The position numbers and the translations under genes are program-made. 55,882 bases of DNA, taken from positions 1-55,882 of IMG/VR virus record IMGVR_UViG_3300045988_066911, one strand, 5' to 3'. Source of the DNA: a virus. Positions 38,635 to 49,347 of this stretch are shown piece after piece (positions within the stretch are counted from its first letter, which is position 1; each line of letters starts with the position of its first letter). Below the pieces are notes generated by a model, which saw only the letters and a program-made list of their open reading frames with translations, searched no databases and had not been told where the DNA came from.

Positions 38635-41600
38635 GTGGCGACAGAAATTGATAGCCTTCAAATTAAAATCGGTGCGGAAGCGCAAAAGGCAAATAATGAA
38701 ATCGACAAACTCATAAATAAATTGGGTGTTCTGTCAAAGTCTCTTGGTGGCGTAGACACAAAAGGCCTACAAAAGCTGGCTAGTGGCGTGAATATACTTA
38801 GTGGCGCAATGCAGAACTTCCAAGGCGTGAAACTGTCCGATTTTACGAGAATTGCCAAGGGTATACAAAAGTTTGAAGCGGTGAATGGAACAAAGCTATC
38901 GCAGTTATCAAGCACGTTGACACCGCTCGCAAGTGGAATTGCAACGCTTAGCGGTTTAAATTTTGACAACAAAGGACTTGTGAATTTTATAAATTCAATT
39001 ACAAGGTTGTCAAATTCTGACATTTCTAGCTTAAAAACAACTTCGTTTCTGAAGCTTGCAGCGAACATAAGAATATTGTCGTCCGTATTAAGCGGCGCGA
39101 GTTCTGTATCGTCAAACACTATTCAATTAGTAAATGCCATATCTCGATTGGCAAATGCTGGCGACAAAGTACAGGTGTCTGGCTCTGCATTACCGACATT
39201 CGGTAAGAATTTAACCAAACTTATAAATTCATTATCAAGAGCCGGTATAGTTTCTGCAGAAACAATTCAATTTGCATCTGCTATTGGACTTTTGGCTAGT
39301 GCCGGAGAAAAAACTGCACAGACCGCCGCAAACCTTGATGCGCTTGCGGAAGCATTGAAGCGGTTTATGCAAACAATGTCAACCGCACCGACAGTAAATG
39401 CGAATATTATTCAAATGACACAGGCAATCGGACAGCTTGCGTCAAATGGCAATCGTGTCGGCGGTGTGACACGCGGACTTACATCGTCTTTGAATAGCTG
39501 GGGAAATTCCGCAAGAAAAGCATCAAAGCATTCATTCAACCTTGCATCTGCAATCGGCAAGGTATATGCAACGTATTGGATGTTATTCAGAGCGTTAGGA
39601 GTATTCCGTAAAGCAATAGATATTTCGGGTTCACTCACTGAGGTCGAAAATGTCGTAAGTCACAGTTTTGGACCGTCTATGGACAAAGTCGAAGAACAAG
39701 CTAAGAATGCGATTTATACGCTTGGAATGTCTGAATTGTCGTTCAAAAAATATGCATCAACATATCAATCAATGGGTCTTGCTATGGGTATTACCGCAAA
39801 ACAGGTCGGAGATGCGAACAACTTCCTTGCAAAATCCACAGATGGCTATGTACAAGCATCCGATGATATGGCAGATGTGTCTTTGAATCTGACTAAGTTG
39901 GCTGGTGATATTGCATCATTTTACGATAAAGACCAAGTGGAAGTAGCGGAAGATTTACAGTCCGTGTACACCGGGATGGTATTGCCGTTGCGCAAGTATG
40001 GCTTAAGCCTCGATCAGAATAGCCTAAAGCAATGGGCGATGAATAATGGCATGAATGCAAATATTGATTCGATGTCGCAAGCCGAAAAGACAATGCTTCG
40101 CTATCAGTACGTTATGTCGCAAACCACTATGGCACAAGGCGATTTTGCAAGAACCGCTGATACATGGAACAACCAAGTGCGATTACTTGGTGAGAATTTC
40201 ACGCGACTTGGAGCTATATGGGGTAATGCTGGCATCAACATGCTTAAACCGCTTCTTCAAGCACTTAACAAGGGCTTGGATGCAGTTATCAATTTTTCGG
40301 AAAATATTGTTAATGCTTTAGGTGCGATATTCGGATGGAAATTGGAAATCCAACGTGGCGCACTTGCGGATGATTTCGAGAATGCGGCAACAGGCGCGGA
40401 CGATCTTGCATCCGGCACAGGAAAAGCGGCTGATAATGCTAAGAAGTTAAAGCAACAGTTACAGGGATTCGATGAATTAAATGTCTTAAATACACCTAAC
40501 GATGGTTCCGGCGGTAATGGTGGCTCTGGTGGTGGTGGCGGTGCATCTTCCGGTGGTTCAAGCGGTGGAATGAAGTTTAATGTCACAGAGACAGACGGAC
40601 TTTACAAGAGTGCCATTTCTAACCTTAGAGGACTCGGAGAATACATCGGAATAAATCTGACGAAAGAACTTGAAAGCATTGATTGGGATAGTGCTTACAA
40701 GGGTGCGGAGAATTTCGGTAAAGGATTGGCGGACTTTTTAACAGGCCTTATATCTCCACAACTTTTCTATGCAACAGGAAAAACTATTGCAAATTCATTA
40801 AATACTGCAATTACTGCATCGCTTAGTTTTACAGACAACTTTGATTTTGACGATCTTGGGTTGTCCATTGCGTATGGAATAAACGGATTTTTCCAAAACT
40901 TTGATTTTAAGAAGTTTGCAAAGGCTATCAATGGTTGGGTAGATGGAATCGAAGATACAATATTTACTGCCTTAAAAAATATATCATGGTCGGATGTATT
41001 AAAAGGTGGTGTTGATTTCCTTACCGAATTAGACCTTGATACGGTTGTAATTGCCATCGGTGCTTTTAAATGGATGCATGGCGGTAAAGAGATTGCCACA
41101 GGCGTGTTAAAGAATTTGCTTGCAAAGGAAATATCAACAGGAATTGGCGATAAAACCATTCCTCTTAGCAAAGCAATTTCTATCTCAATTACAACAGCGG
41201 TAATTGGATTTAAGGTTGGAAATTGGCTGTACGAAAATACACCGTTCAGTAAGTTTGCAGATTTAGTTGCAAAGTGGCTTGTAGACAAAGAGGGGAATGT
41301 AAACATTGCAAAGGCTATTAGCCTTACGATTGCTTCTCTTGGCGTTGTGATTACGGCTGTGCAACTAACATCGGCTGCAAAAAACGCAATCACAAATGCA
41401 ATAGTTACTCATTTTGCATCTTCTTCCGTAGGAAATGCGGCAGGAGGAGGTTTGCTTAGTGGAATGGCGGCTTACTTTAAGACAAGCGCCGCAACCGCTT
41501 CTTTGGGACAAATAGGGATTGCCATTGCTGCAGGTCTTGGACTTGGAGAATTGATCGGAAAACAAGTAAATACAGGTCTTGCATCTCTTGCAGAATCACA

Positions 41601-43107
41601 GGGAGACAGCGAATTGGCATCGTATTATAGAGAATACGATACGCCATTCAAAGCTATCAAAGGATTGGTAGAAACAATCAAAGAAGGACATACTAGCATA
41701 GGAGAACAGGTAGCAGAACAAATAAGCAACATAAAAATTATGGAGCAAAAAATATCAGATCTGCCACCGCAGGTACAAAAAGTATGGAAATCCGTTGCAA
41801 TGGGTGAAAAACCATTAAAAAGCATAGGAAAAACAGGAAGATCTTCTTTTGGTGTGCTTAGTGAAGCAATCGAAAATGCTTCATGGAAAATGACTGAAAA
41901 ATTCAGCGGATTTTTAAAATTGATTCCTGGATATGTGGAACAAACGGGGAAAGATGTCGATGGAAAGACTAAAAACGGATTAGCCAATGTTGGAGCTTCT
42001 GTTGCAAATGGGAAAAATCAAATAACGTCGCTTGTTAAGCAGACTAAAAATAGTGTAGTTTCCGATTACAATAACATGAACAACAGCGCATCTAACAGTG
42101 TCAAAAATATGTCACAGAATACGAAATCAAGCGTACAAGGAATGGCTGGGTCGGTTGTAACAAGTATTCAAGGAATGGCAGGAAATTCTACAAACAATTT
42201 TTCTGTTATGACTAAAAATGCTACAAGCTCAGCTAATGGTATGTCGTTGTCTGTGATTAATGCTTTAACAGGAATGAAGAACAGTTCTGGCACAACTCTT
42301 GGCGGTATGGCAGCGGATATGGTACATAAATTTGCCAAGATGAAAGTAGATTCATCAAGCGGTGGTAAGAATGTTACTAACGCATTTGTTGGCGCTTTAG
42401 GCGGACTTCGTGGCGGAGCAAATAATCAATGGGGCGGTGTTGAATCCGATACAAGAAAACATACAAAGAATACGAGCGGAATAATTCAACGTGAGAATTG
42501 GAATCCAATCGGAGCGAACCTTGTCAACGGACTTAGAATCGGCTTAACAAACAAATGGAATAGCACAGGCCCAGCCGGACTTGTCGGAGGTATCGTGTCT
42601 CTTGCAAGAGGATTGACATCTGCATTAAAACGTGCGTTTGGTATTCATTCTCCGTCTCGATTATGGAATAAAGAAATCGGTCAATTCTTGCCACCCGGCA
42701 TCGGTTTAGGTATGGAAAGTGCCATGCCTAAGTTGTTAAACGATGCAAGCGGAATGGCTACGGATTTGACATCTGCGTTCAACACATCATTGCAGTTTAC
42801 AGACCCATTGCAAGACTTGGCTGATATGTCAGCGGACATTGCATCTTCAATCAATACAGATGTGGCAACAAGCACGTCGACAGTTATTGATACCGGTCGG
42901 ATGTCAACAGACATTGCAAGCGGAATTGTAGATGGAATGTCAATGTCACAGGCAGATCAGAACCGGTTATTGCGTGAGCAGAATGACTTGCTTAGACAAC
43001 TTCTTGCAAAAGATACAGGAATATCATCAAATGATATATTCGAGAGCGTTAAGAGGTCGAACCGGCAAGCGTACAACCGGACAGGTACAAATCCATTGTT
43101 ATATTAA
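38635..43107 (+). CDS. tape measure protein
   Basis: 1490 aa, helical and repetitive, with a Gly-rich segment (GGNGGSGGGGGASSGGSSGG) and hydrophobic stretches; GTG start after GGTGGA. Confidence 0.9.
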   Translation: MATEIDSLQIKIGAEAQKANNEIDKLINKLGVLSKSLGGVDTKGLQKLASGVNILSGAMQNFQGVKLSDFTRIAKGIQKFEAVNGTKLSQLSSTLTPLASGIATLSGLNFDNKGLVNFINSITRLSNSDISSLKTTSFLKLAANIRILSSVLSGASSVSSNTIQLVNAISRLANAGDKVQVSGSALPTFGKNLTKLINSLSRAGIVSAETIQFASAIGLLASAGEKTAQTAANLDALAEALKRFMQTMSTAPTVNANIIQMTQAIGQLASNGNRVGGVTRGLTSSLNSWGNSARKASKHSFNLASAIGKVYATYWMLFRALGVFRKAIDISGSLTEVENVVSHSFGPSMDKVEEQAKNAIYTLGMSELSFKKYASTYQSMGLAMGITAKQVGDANNFLAKSTDGYVQASDDMADVSLNLTKLAGDIASFYDKDQVEVAEDLQSVYTGMVLPLRKYGLSLDQNSLKQWAMNNGMNANIDSMSQAEKTMLRYQYVMSQTTMAQGDFARTADTWNNQVRLLGENFTRLGAIWGNAGINMLKPLLQALNKGLDAVINFSENIVNALGAIFGWKLEIQRGALADDFENAATGADDLASGTGKAADNAKKLKQQLQGFDELNVLNTPNDGSGGNGGSGGGGGASSGGSSGGMKFNVTETDGLYKSAISNLRGLGEYIGINLTKELESIDWDSAYKGAENFGKGLADFLTGLISPQLFYATGKTIANSLNTAITASLSFTDNFDFDDLGLSIAYGINGFFQNFDFKKFAKAINGWVDGIEDTIFTALKNISWSDVLKGGVDFLTELDLDTVVIAIGAFKWMHGGKEIATGVLKNLLAKEISTGIGDKTIPLSKAISISITTAVIGFKVGNWLYENTPFSKFADLVAKWLVDKEGNVNIAKAISLTIASLGVVITAVQLTSAAKNAITNAIVTHFASSSVGNAAGGGLLSGMAAYFKTSAATASLGQIGIAIAAGLGLGELIGKQVNTGLASLAESQGDSELASYYREYDTPFKAIKGLVETIKEGHTSIGEQVAEQISNIKIMEQKISDLPPQVQKVWKSVAMGEKPLKSIGKTGRSSFGVLSEAIENASWKMTEKFSGFLKLIPGYVEQTGKDVDGKTKNGLANVGASVANGKNQITSLVKQTKNSVVSDYNNMNNSASNSVKNMSQNTKSSVQGMAGSVVTSIQGMAGNSTNNFSVMTKNATSSANGMSLSVINALTGMKNSSGTTLGGMAADMVHKFAKMKVDSSSGGKNVTNAFVGALGGLRGGANNQWGGVESDTRKHTKNTSGIIQRENWNPIGANLVNGLRIGLTNKWNSTGPAGLVGGIVSLARGLTSALKRAFGIHSPSRLWNKEIGQFLPPGIGLGMESAMPKLLNDASGMATDLTSAFNTSLQFTDPLQDLADMSADIASSINTDVATSTSTVIDTGRMSTDIASGIVDGMSMSQADQNRLLREQNDLLRQLLAKDTGISSNDIFESVKRSNRQAYNRTGTNPLLY

Positions 43108-43162
43108 GAATTTATAGGGTAGGCACGTAAATGTGTCTGCCCTTTTTATGTGAGGTGGTTAG

Positions 43163-43582
43163 ATGGCATATAAAGGCTATTTAATTAAGATTGGCAATTA
43201 CATATTTCCGCTTTCGATGATTAAGGCAGAAAGCTACAAGGCAACGAATTACGGACAAGACTTGGATTCAACACGTGATGTAAATGGAATTTTACATAGA
43301 ACGGCTTTGGAAAATACTGCACCGAAAGTTGAATTTGAGACACGAAATATGCTTGATAATACGCAGGTGTCAAGCATTTTTGCAAATATTCAAGCCAACT
43401 ATACAAATGCAGTTGAGAAAAAAGCAAGTGTTGAAGTTTATGTGCCTGAATTGGATAAGTATGTGACAAGTGATATGTACATGGCTGATTTTGAACCAAC
43501 TATGTACTTTGCTGATGAAAAGGAAATCAAGTATCTATCAACAAGAATGGCATGGATTTCTTATGGAGTAAAAACAGTATGA
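43163..43582 (+). CDS. putative distal tail protein (short)
   Basis: Position immediately after the tape measure gene. Confidence 0.45.
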   Translation: MAYKGYLIKIGNYIFPLSMIKAESYKATNYGQDLDSTRDVNGILHRTALENTAPKVEFETRNMLDNTQVSSIFANIQANYTNAVEKKASVEVYVPELDKYVTSDMYMADFEPTMYFADEKEIKYLSTRMAWISYGVKTV

Positions 43583-45687
43583 TTAAGATTTCGGAAGATA
43601 TTAAAAAATTATATATCAAAGATGGAACGCCAATCGAATTAGAAGTGAAATTTAAGGATAATGCATTTCCAACGATTAAAGGTTCGGACGTGCTTTCAGA
43701 GCAAATGACATTGCACGAATCAATTTGTGAAGAAGAACAGTTGAAATGTGGCGGTTGTAATGCATCCAGCTTTGAATTGACAGTATTCAATTTGAATAGC
43801 GGAATTAAAGGATATGAAATCGAGCCGGTACTTATCACCAAAAAAACAGAGATTCCGTTGGGCGTGTTCTACGTGGAAACGATTGAGAAATATGCTGGCA
43901 AAGACTATAAGAAACTGACCGCATACGATAAAATGCGGTATTTCGATGTTGATGTTAAAGATTGGTATGACAGCCTTACATTTCCTATCAGCGTTAAGAA
44001 TTTTAGGGATAGCCTTTGCAATTATGTCGAAGTGGAGCAGAACGATGTCACGCTGATTGCAGATAATGTAATGCTTACCAAAGAGCTTGATTCGTCAAAC
44101 GGAATCAACGGACTTTCTCTGATGAAACAGATATGTGAAATTAGCGGTGTGTTTGGTCGGATGGATAGATATGGCAAGCTTGATTATTTGTCACTTGAAT
44201 CTTCTATGTTGTTGCCGGCTGATGATTTATTCCCGGCAAACGACTTATACCCATCTGCCGGAAGTGGAGATAGTGAAAATTCATTCAATATTTCTACGTC
44301 ACTTATGTATGAGCATCCGTTGGTTGAAGATTTCTTTACTTCAAATATTGATGGTGTAATAATCGTTGATTCAGAGGGCGCACAGGTATTGACAGAGTAC
44401 AATCAAAATCCTTATTACGTGCAAGATAACTTCGTGATTATGGGGCAGACACACGAGACGATTATGGCACTTGCAAATGCGCTGTTGAGTAAGATATCAA
44501 GCATATCATACAGGCCGATCAATTCGTCAAAGATAAAGGGACAACCATACGTAGAGTGTGGCGATTTTATCAGCGGAGAAGTTAACGGATATGGATTTGA
44601 AGCATATGTGTTTCAACGTGATTTAACCGGAATTAAGGCACTTCGAGATGCTTATCTATGCAAAGGTAAAGAAATGCTTGAAAACGATATGAACGGTGTA
44701 ACCGCACAACTTCAACGTCTGAATAAAACGACAGAGAGAGTTAAGACCTCTGTGCAAGTGACAGAAAAGGGGTTGGAATCGGAAGTTAAGCGCGCAACGG
44801 ACGCAGAAAGCGAACTGTCTACAAGAATTGAACAAACTGAACAGCAAATTGTCTTACGCGTGGATTCTGCAACAGGCAAAATTGTTCAAGTATCGCTTAT
44901 CGGAGATACAGGAAGCGGAACAGAATTTAAGGTTGACGCAGATAATATAAATCTGTCTGCAAGTGATGTAATCAATCTTCTGTCCGGAGGAACAATCAAT
45001 CTTACAGGTAAGAATATTGCAATAACTTCTGATAATTTCAGCGTTACAAAAGAAGGAAAAATGACTTGCAATGACGCAAACATCGAAGGCGACATCAATG
45101 CAAAAACATTTAAGAGTGAATTTTATTACAATGGACAAAAGTATTCAGAAATGAGATTGTCAGCAGAAGGATATGAAGATAATGTCGGTTATTTAATTAT
45201 GCAGGAGTTAATATCTATTCTTGGAGCAAAATTAAGGCACACGATAATTACACCGACGAGCGTTGGAGTATATGAAGATGGATACCCAAAAACCGGAGAT
45301 TATGCTAAAGTGGAAACGGCTGGTTTCTTTACGAACGGAACTGCATATTTGGGATCTTCGCCGGTTATTTCCTCAGACAAAAGCATCAAGATAAATATTC
45401 AGTCACTAGACACACACAAATCTAGTGACTTTATTTATGCCTTGAATCCTGTTGAATACAAGTATAAAGATGGCACATCCGATCGCTTGCATCATGGATT
45501 TATCGCACAGGAGCTTCACGATTCTATGCAGAGCGATTGGGGAGTTTACTGTGATGCAAATATTGACACAGGGGAAAATGGTGGTAAGGCAATTCGATAT
45601 GAGGAATTGATTGCTGATCTTGTAGCAACAGTGCAATCGCAGAACGAGAGAATTTCAGAGTTAGAGAAGAAGTTGGGAGGTAGATAG
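43579..45687 (+). CDS. tail-associated / tail fiber protein with C-terminal S74-type intramolecular chaperone autoproteolysis domain
   Basis: C-terminal LNPVEYKYKDGTSDRLHHGFIAQEL...YEELIADLVATVQSQNERISELEKKL is the typical peptidase S74 chaperone-domain pattern; ATGA overlap start. Confidence 0.7.
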   Translation: MIKISEDIKKLYIKDGTPIELEVKFKDNAFPTIKGSDVLSEQMTLHESICEEEQLKCGGCNASSFELTVFNLNSGIKGYEIEPVLITKKTEIPLGVFYVETIEKYAGKDYKKLTAYDKMRYFDVDVKDWYDSLTFPISVKNFRDSLCNYVEVEQNDVTLIADNVMLTKELDSSNGINGLSLMKQICEISGVFGRMDRYGKLDYLSLESSMLLPADDLFPANDLYPSAGSGDSENSFNISTSLMYEHPLVEDFFTSNIDGVIIVDSEGAQVLTEYNQNPYYVQDNFVIMGQTHETIMALANALLSKISSISYRPINSSKIKGQPYVECGDFISGEVNGYGFEAYVFQRDLTGIKALRDAYLCKGKEMLENDMNGVTAQLQRLNKTTERVKTSVQVTEKGLESEVKRATDAESELSTRIEQTEQQIVLRVDSATGKIVQVSLIGDTGSGTEFKVDADNINLSASDVINLLSGGTINLTGKNIAITSDNFSVTKEGKMTCNDANIEGDINAKTFKSEFYYNGQKYSEMRLSAEGYEDNVGYLIMQELISILGAKLRHTIITPTSVGVYEDGYPKTGDYAKVETAGFFTNGTAYLGSSPVISSDKSIKINIQSLDTHKSSDFIYALNPVEYKYKDGTSDRLHHGFIAQELHDSMQSDWGVYCDANIDTGENGGKAIRYEELIADLVATVQSQNERISELEKKLGGR

Positions 45688-45689
45688 CA

Positions 45690-47759
45690 ATGTCACAAGG
45701 ATGGAGTAAGATATTCAATAGAATAAATTGGTTGAATCGACCAAGCACAAACACACCATTGAACGCAACAAACCTCAATGCTGGCGATAGTGCGATTGAT
45801 AAATTGGACGATCGTATCATTACGCTTGACACCGTTAAGGCAGATATGCAAGTCGTAAATGGCATGGTTTCAGACGTGTCATTAAATAGCAATACAGGCG
45901 TTATTACTGTAACGTACAAGAACGGTTCACATGTAGATTATGATACAAACCTAGAAAAAATTGCTGTGAATTTTTCGTACGATTATGTAAATCAGAGACT
46001 TGTTCTTACGTTATCAGATGGTTCTAAACAATATGTAGATATGTCTGCGCTTATTACACAATACGAGTTCGAGGATTCTGCGACAATCGCATTTTCGATT
46101 AACGATAAAACAGGAGCCATTTCTGCATTTATTAAGAATGGTTCAATTACTGATGCGATGCTTGAAACGGGTTATCTTGCTAAGATTACAGAACAATCAG
46201 CCAAAGCGACAAACATGGCAAATTCAGCAACGACAAGTAGCAATTCTGCATACGACAATGCAAAGTTGTCACAATCATACGCTATCGGCGGTTCAGGTGT
46301 TCGTGATGGCGAAAATACAGACAACGCAAAGTATTACAGTGAACAGGCAAGCAAGAGTGCGATCGCATCTGCTAATTCTGCGAGTACGGCAAGCACAAAG
46401 GCAAGTGAAGCCGCTACAAGTGCATCATCAGCAAGTGCATCTGCAACCAAATCTGCAACGTCAGAGAGTAATGCAAGCAAGAGCGCATCGTCTGCCGCCA
46501 CAAGTATGTCAACGGCAAACACCAAAGCGAGTGAAGCCGCCAAAAGTGCGACATCGGCAGGCAATAGCGCTTCCACAGCCACATCTAAAGCGGCGGCGGC
46601 ATCCACAAGTGCATCCAATGCCGCTACTTCCGAAGCCAACGCAAAGAAGTATTATGAACAGGCAAAAGCCATCTCTGAATCGTTCAGCGGAGCATTGCGA
46701 CCAATGGGAACTGTAACGTTCGCAAATCTTCCGTCTGTATTATCTGCAAGTGCCGGAGATATGTATAACATCTCCGACGAGTTTGTAACAACATCTGATT
46801 TTGTTGAGGGAATTGGGCATACAGAGCCAGCCGGAAGCAATGTTTATAAGACAGAATCGGGTAAATGGGATGTCTTAGCCGGAAGTCCTGTAACAGGTGT
46901 AAAAGGAGAGAAAGATAAAGTTTTTGGGCGTGGAAATGTAAATATTACATGTGCAAGCATAGGAGCGTTGCCTGCCGACGGAGATAGCCAAAGCAACACT
47001 GTCACATTTACATCTAATGATTCTTTGACAGGAGATTCCACACCACCGGAACTATTGGCGAGTGAAGAAACTCACGCTTCGATTTTTAGCAAAGTGTCTA
47101 CTATCTTCAAAAATGTAAGATGGCTTCTGTCTAAGATGGGAACAACGGATATATCAACGCTTGGAGATGGAACTGTGACAGGTGCGCTATCTACGCTAAA
47201 CTCGAATAAACAAGATTCCGATACCGCAATAACGACAAGTAATATCGGTTCGCAGACTGTGTATCAAGCAACACATATAGGTAATTGTGAAGTACAAAAT
47301 GTAGCAAGTGGAAATAAAAATTATTATTTAGGTGCTGATGGTGGAACAAATCCTATACAATGGATTCCTAGAAATAGTATGGCTGTAGGATATGCTAATA
47401 ATGCAGGTGCAGTAAATGGTTATGCAATTAATTATATTGAAGGAAAAGGTACTCTTGGATCATCTGCATATGTAGCTAAAGGAGACGCATATTATATAAG
47501 ATTTGGTAATGTCGTTATTTTATATTGTTATGATTTAATAATAACTCCTGGAACTAATAATAATTCAGTAATAGTTAGTAACCTTCCAGCATCTGCAAAA
47601 TATTTTGGAGTTCAAAGAACTAATTCAGGTAATCAAACACTTAGATTTGGTATGGACAGAGATGGAAAAGAACTAAAAGTATGGTGGGATTCCTTTTCTA
47701 CTGTGGATGGTACTAATAGTAAACCTTGGTCTTTTGAAATTGTTTATCTTTGTAAATAA
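45690..47759 (+). CDS. tail fiber / receptor-binding protein with Ala/Ser-rich repeat shaft
   Basis: 689 aa with a repetitive SA.SA..A..S region (about 46330-46680). The last 160 aa or so are encoded by markedly AT-richer DNA. Confidence 0.7.
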   Translation: MSQGWSKIFNRINWLNRPSTNTPLNATNLNAGDSAIDKLDDRIITLDTVKADMQVVNGMVSDVSLNSNTGVITVTYKNGSHVDYDTNLEKIAVNFSYDYVNQRLVLTLSDGSKQYVDMSALITQYEFEDSATIAFSINDKTGAISAFIKNGSITDAMLETGYLAKITEQSAKATNMANSATTSSNSAYDNAKLSQSYAIGGSGVRDGENTDNAKYYSEQASKSAIASANSASTASTKASEAATSASSASASATKSATSESNASKSASSAATSMSTANTKASEAAKSATSAGNSASTATSKAAAASTSASNAATSEANAKKYYEQAKAISESFSGALRPMGTVTFANLPSVLSASAGDMYNISDEFVTTSDFVEGIGHTEPAGSNVYKTESGKWDVLAGSPVTGVKGEKDKVFGRGNVNITCASIGALPADGDSQSNTVTFTSNDSLTGDSTPPELLASEETHASIFSKVSTIFKNVRWLLSKMGTTDISTLGDGTVTGALSTLNSNKQDSDTAITTSNIGSQTVYQATHIGNCEVQNVASGNKNYYLGADGGTNPIQWIPRNSMAVGYANNAGAVNGYAINYIEGKGTLGSSAYVAKGDAYYIRFGNVVILYCYDLIITPGTNNNSVIVSNLPASAKYFGVQRTNSGNQTLRFGMDRDGKELKVWWDSFSTVDGTNSKPWSFEIVYLCK

Positions 47760-48206
47760 AAAATATTCAGAAGGTACGCTTGAGCAATATGCGCTTGCTA
47801 TAGATATGCTTTTAGCTGATATAGGGAAGCGGCTGCCGGATATCAAGACAAATGACATCAGATATCACCTTGCGATGTATCAGACAACTAGGAATGTCGA
47901 AAAAGCAACAGTCGATAACCGCCGGAGGAATCTATCAGCGTTCTTTTCGTGGCTAACTAAGGAAGAGTATATAGAAAAGAACCCTATGCTACGAATTGGA
48001 AAGATAAAAAGCACAATGGCTGTGCGGAAGTCGTTCTCTGATGGCGAGATCGAAATGCTTAAAAACGCATCAATCAAAACAAGGAATCCGAAACGCGATA
48101 GAGCGTTAATCGAATTTTTACTTTCGACGGGTTGAGAGTTAGTGAGGTTGTAAATTTGAACATATCCGACGTGGATTTTATGCGTGAGGTTTATATAGAT
48201 TTTTAG
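47760..48206 (+). pseudogene. tyrosine recombinase (XerC/D / phage integrase family) remnant: 5' truncated, frameshifted, 3' truncated
   Basis: SAM-like N-domain motifs (NLSAFFSWLTKEEYIEKNP). The box I region RDRALIEFLLSTG stops at TGA 48133. It continues after a 1-nt shift as LRVSEVVNLNISDVDFMREVYIDF and stops at 48204-06. Confidence 0.7.
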
Positions 48207-48267
48207 CTCTACCAAATTTGGTGGGCTTTTGTAGTTGTTATTTTTTTATTTTAAGGAGGAATAATAT

Positions 48268-49152
48268 ATGAGTAATTCAAATTTAGTTAATTATACAAAA
48301 ATTAGTCCTTATAAAACGACAGGTAGAAATCATGCAATTGATACAATTACGATTCATTGCATGGCTGGCAATTTATCTGTTGAAACTTGTGGTAACGTAT
48401 TTCAGACAGCAAAAGCAAGTGCTAACTACGGCATTGATTCTGATGGTCGAGTCGGCATGTATGTAGAAGAGAAAGATCGCTCATGGGCATCTAGTAGTTC
48501 ATCTAACGATAATCGTGCAGTTACTATTGAGGTAGCCAATGATGGTGGCGCAAGTACAGGTTGGCATGTATCTGCTAAAGCATACAAGTCTTTAATTGCA
48601 TTATTGGTAGATATATGCAAGCGTAACGGAATTAAAGAGTTAAAATGGAAAGGTGATAAGTCTTTAATTGGTCAAGTTGATAAACAGAATATGACCGTTC
48701 ATAGATGGTTCGCCAATAAAGCTTGTCCAGGTGATTATTTATATAATCTTCATGGACAGATTGCAAAGGAGGTAAATTCTCAGTTGATAACTATTAAATA
48801 TCGTGTTCACCAACAGACTTATGGTTGGTCAGAATGGAAAACTGAAGGTCAGCAGGCAGGAACAACAGGACAGGCTAAAAGAATTGAAGCTATTCAAATT
48901 GATCCATGTGGAAAGAAGATATCAGTTAAAGCACATATTCAGGGTATCGGTTGGAAAGATTACGGAGTCATTAATAAAAACACTGTAATTGGTACAACAG
49001 GACAAGGAAAACGAATTGAAGCTATCGAAATTCATGGAGCTAAAGTATGCTGCCATATGCAGACAATCGGCTGGGCGAGCGATTATATGAATCTGCAAGG
49101 TACACTTGGCTGTCAGAAACGGATTGAAGCCATCAAGATTAAGAAAGAATAA
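48268..49152 (+). CDS. endolysin: N-acetylmuramoyl-L-alanine amidase (Amidase_2/PGRP type) with three ChW-type cell-wall-binding repeats
   Basis: HCMAG...NYGIDSDG...TIEVAN...HRWFANKACPG amidase motifs, plus three repeats of ..GW......GTTGQ.KRIEAI.I. Confidence 0.85.
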   Translation: MSNSNLVNYTKISPYKTTGRNHAIDTITIHCMAGNLSVETCGNVFQTAKASANYGIDSDGRVGMYVEEKDRSWASSSSSNDNRAVTIEVANDGGASTGWHVSAKAYKSLIALLVDICKRNGIKELKWKGDKSLIGQVDKQNMTVHRWFANKACPGDYLYNLHGQIAKEVNSQLITIKYRVHQQTYGWSEWKTEGQQAGTTGQAKRIEAIQIDPCGKKISVKAHIQGIGWKDYGVINKNTVIGTTGQGKRIEAIEIHGAKVCCHMQTIGWASDYMNLQGTLGCQKRIEAIKIKKE

Positions 49153-49312
49153 CGTCTAACTTTGACGAACGATTTTGATGGAAATATTACTAAATAAATG
49201 ATATGATAAAGCTACCTCGAAAGAGGTTAGGAATCCCCCAAAATTCCGGTATTGGTGGTGGGTGTGTTACCCCATTTACACATCCACCGCTTTTTAATTC
49301 TCCCCTTAAATA

Positions 49313-49341
49313 TTGACACAAAAGAACGTATGTTCTATAAT
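49313..49341 (+). promoter_or_regulatory. consensus sigma-70 promoter
   Basis: TTGACA (49313-18), 17 nt, TATAAT (49336-41). Confidence 0.7.
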
Positions 49342-49347
49342 AAACAT

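Noticed and set aside
45690-47759. Diversity-generating retroelement or retron associated with the tail fiber.
   Set aside because: No reverse-transcriptase-like ORF (no YxDD motif protein) exists anywhere in the genome, and I found no template/variable repeat pair.
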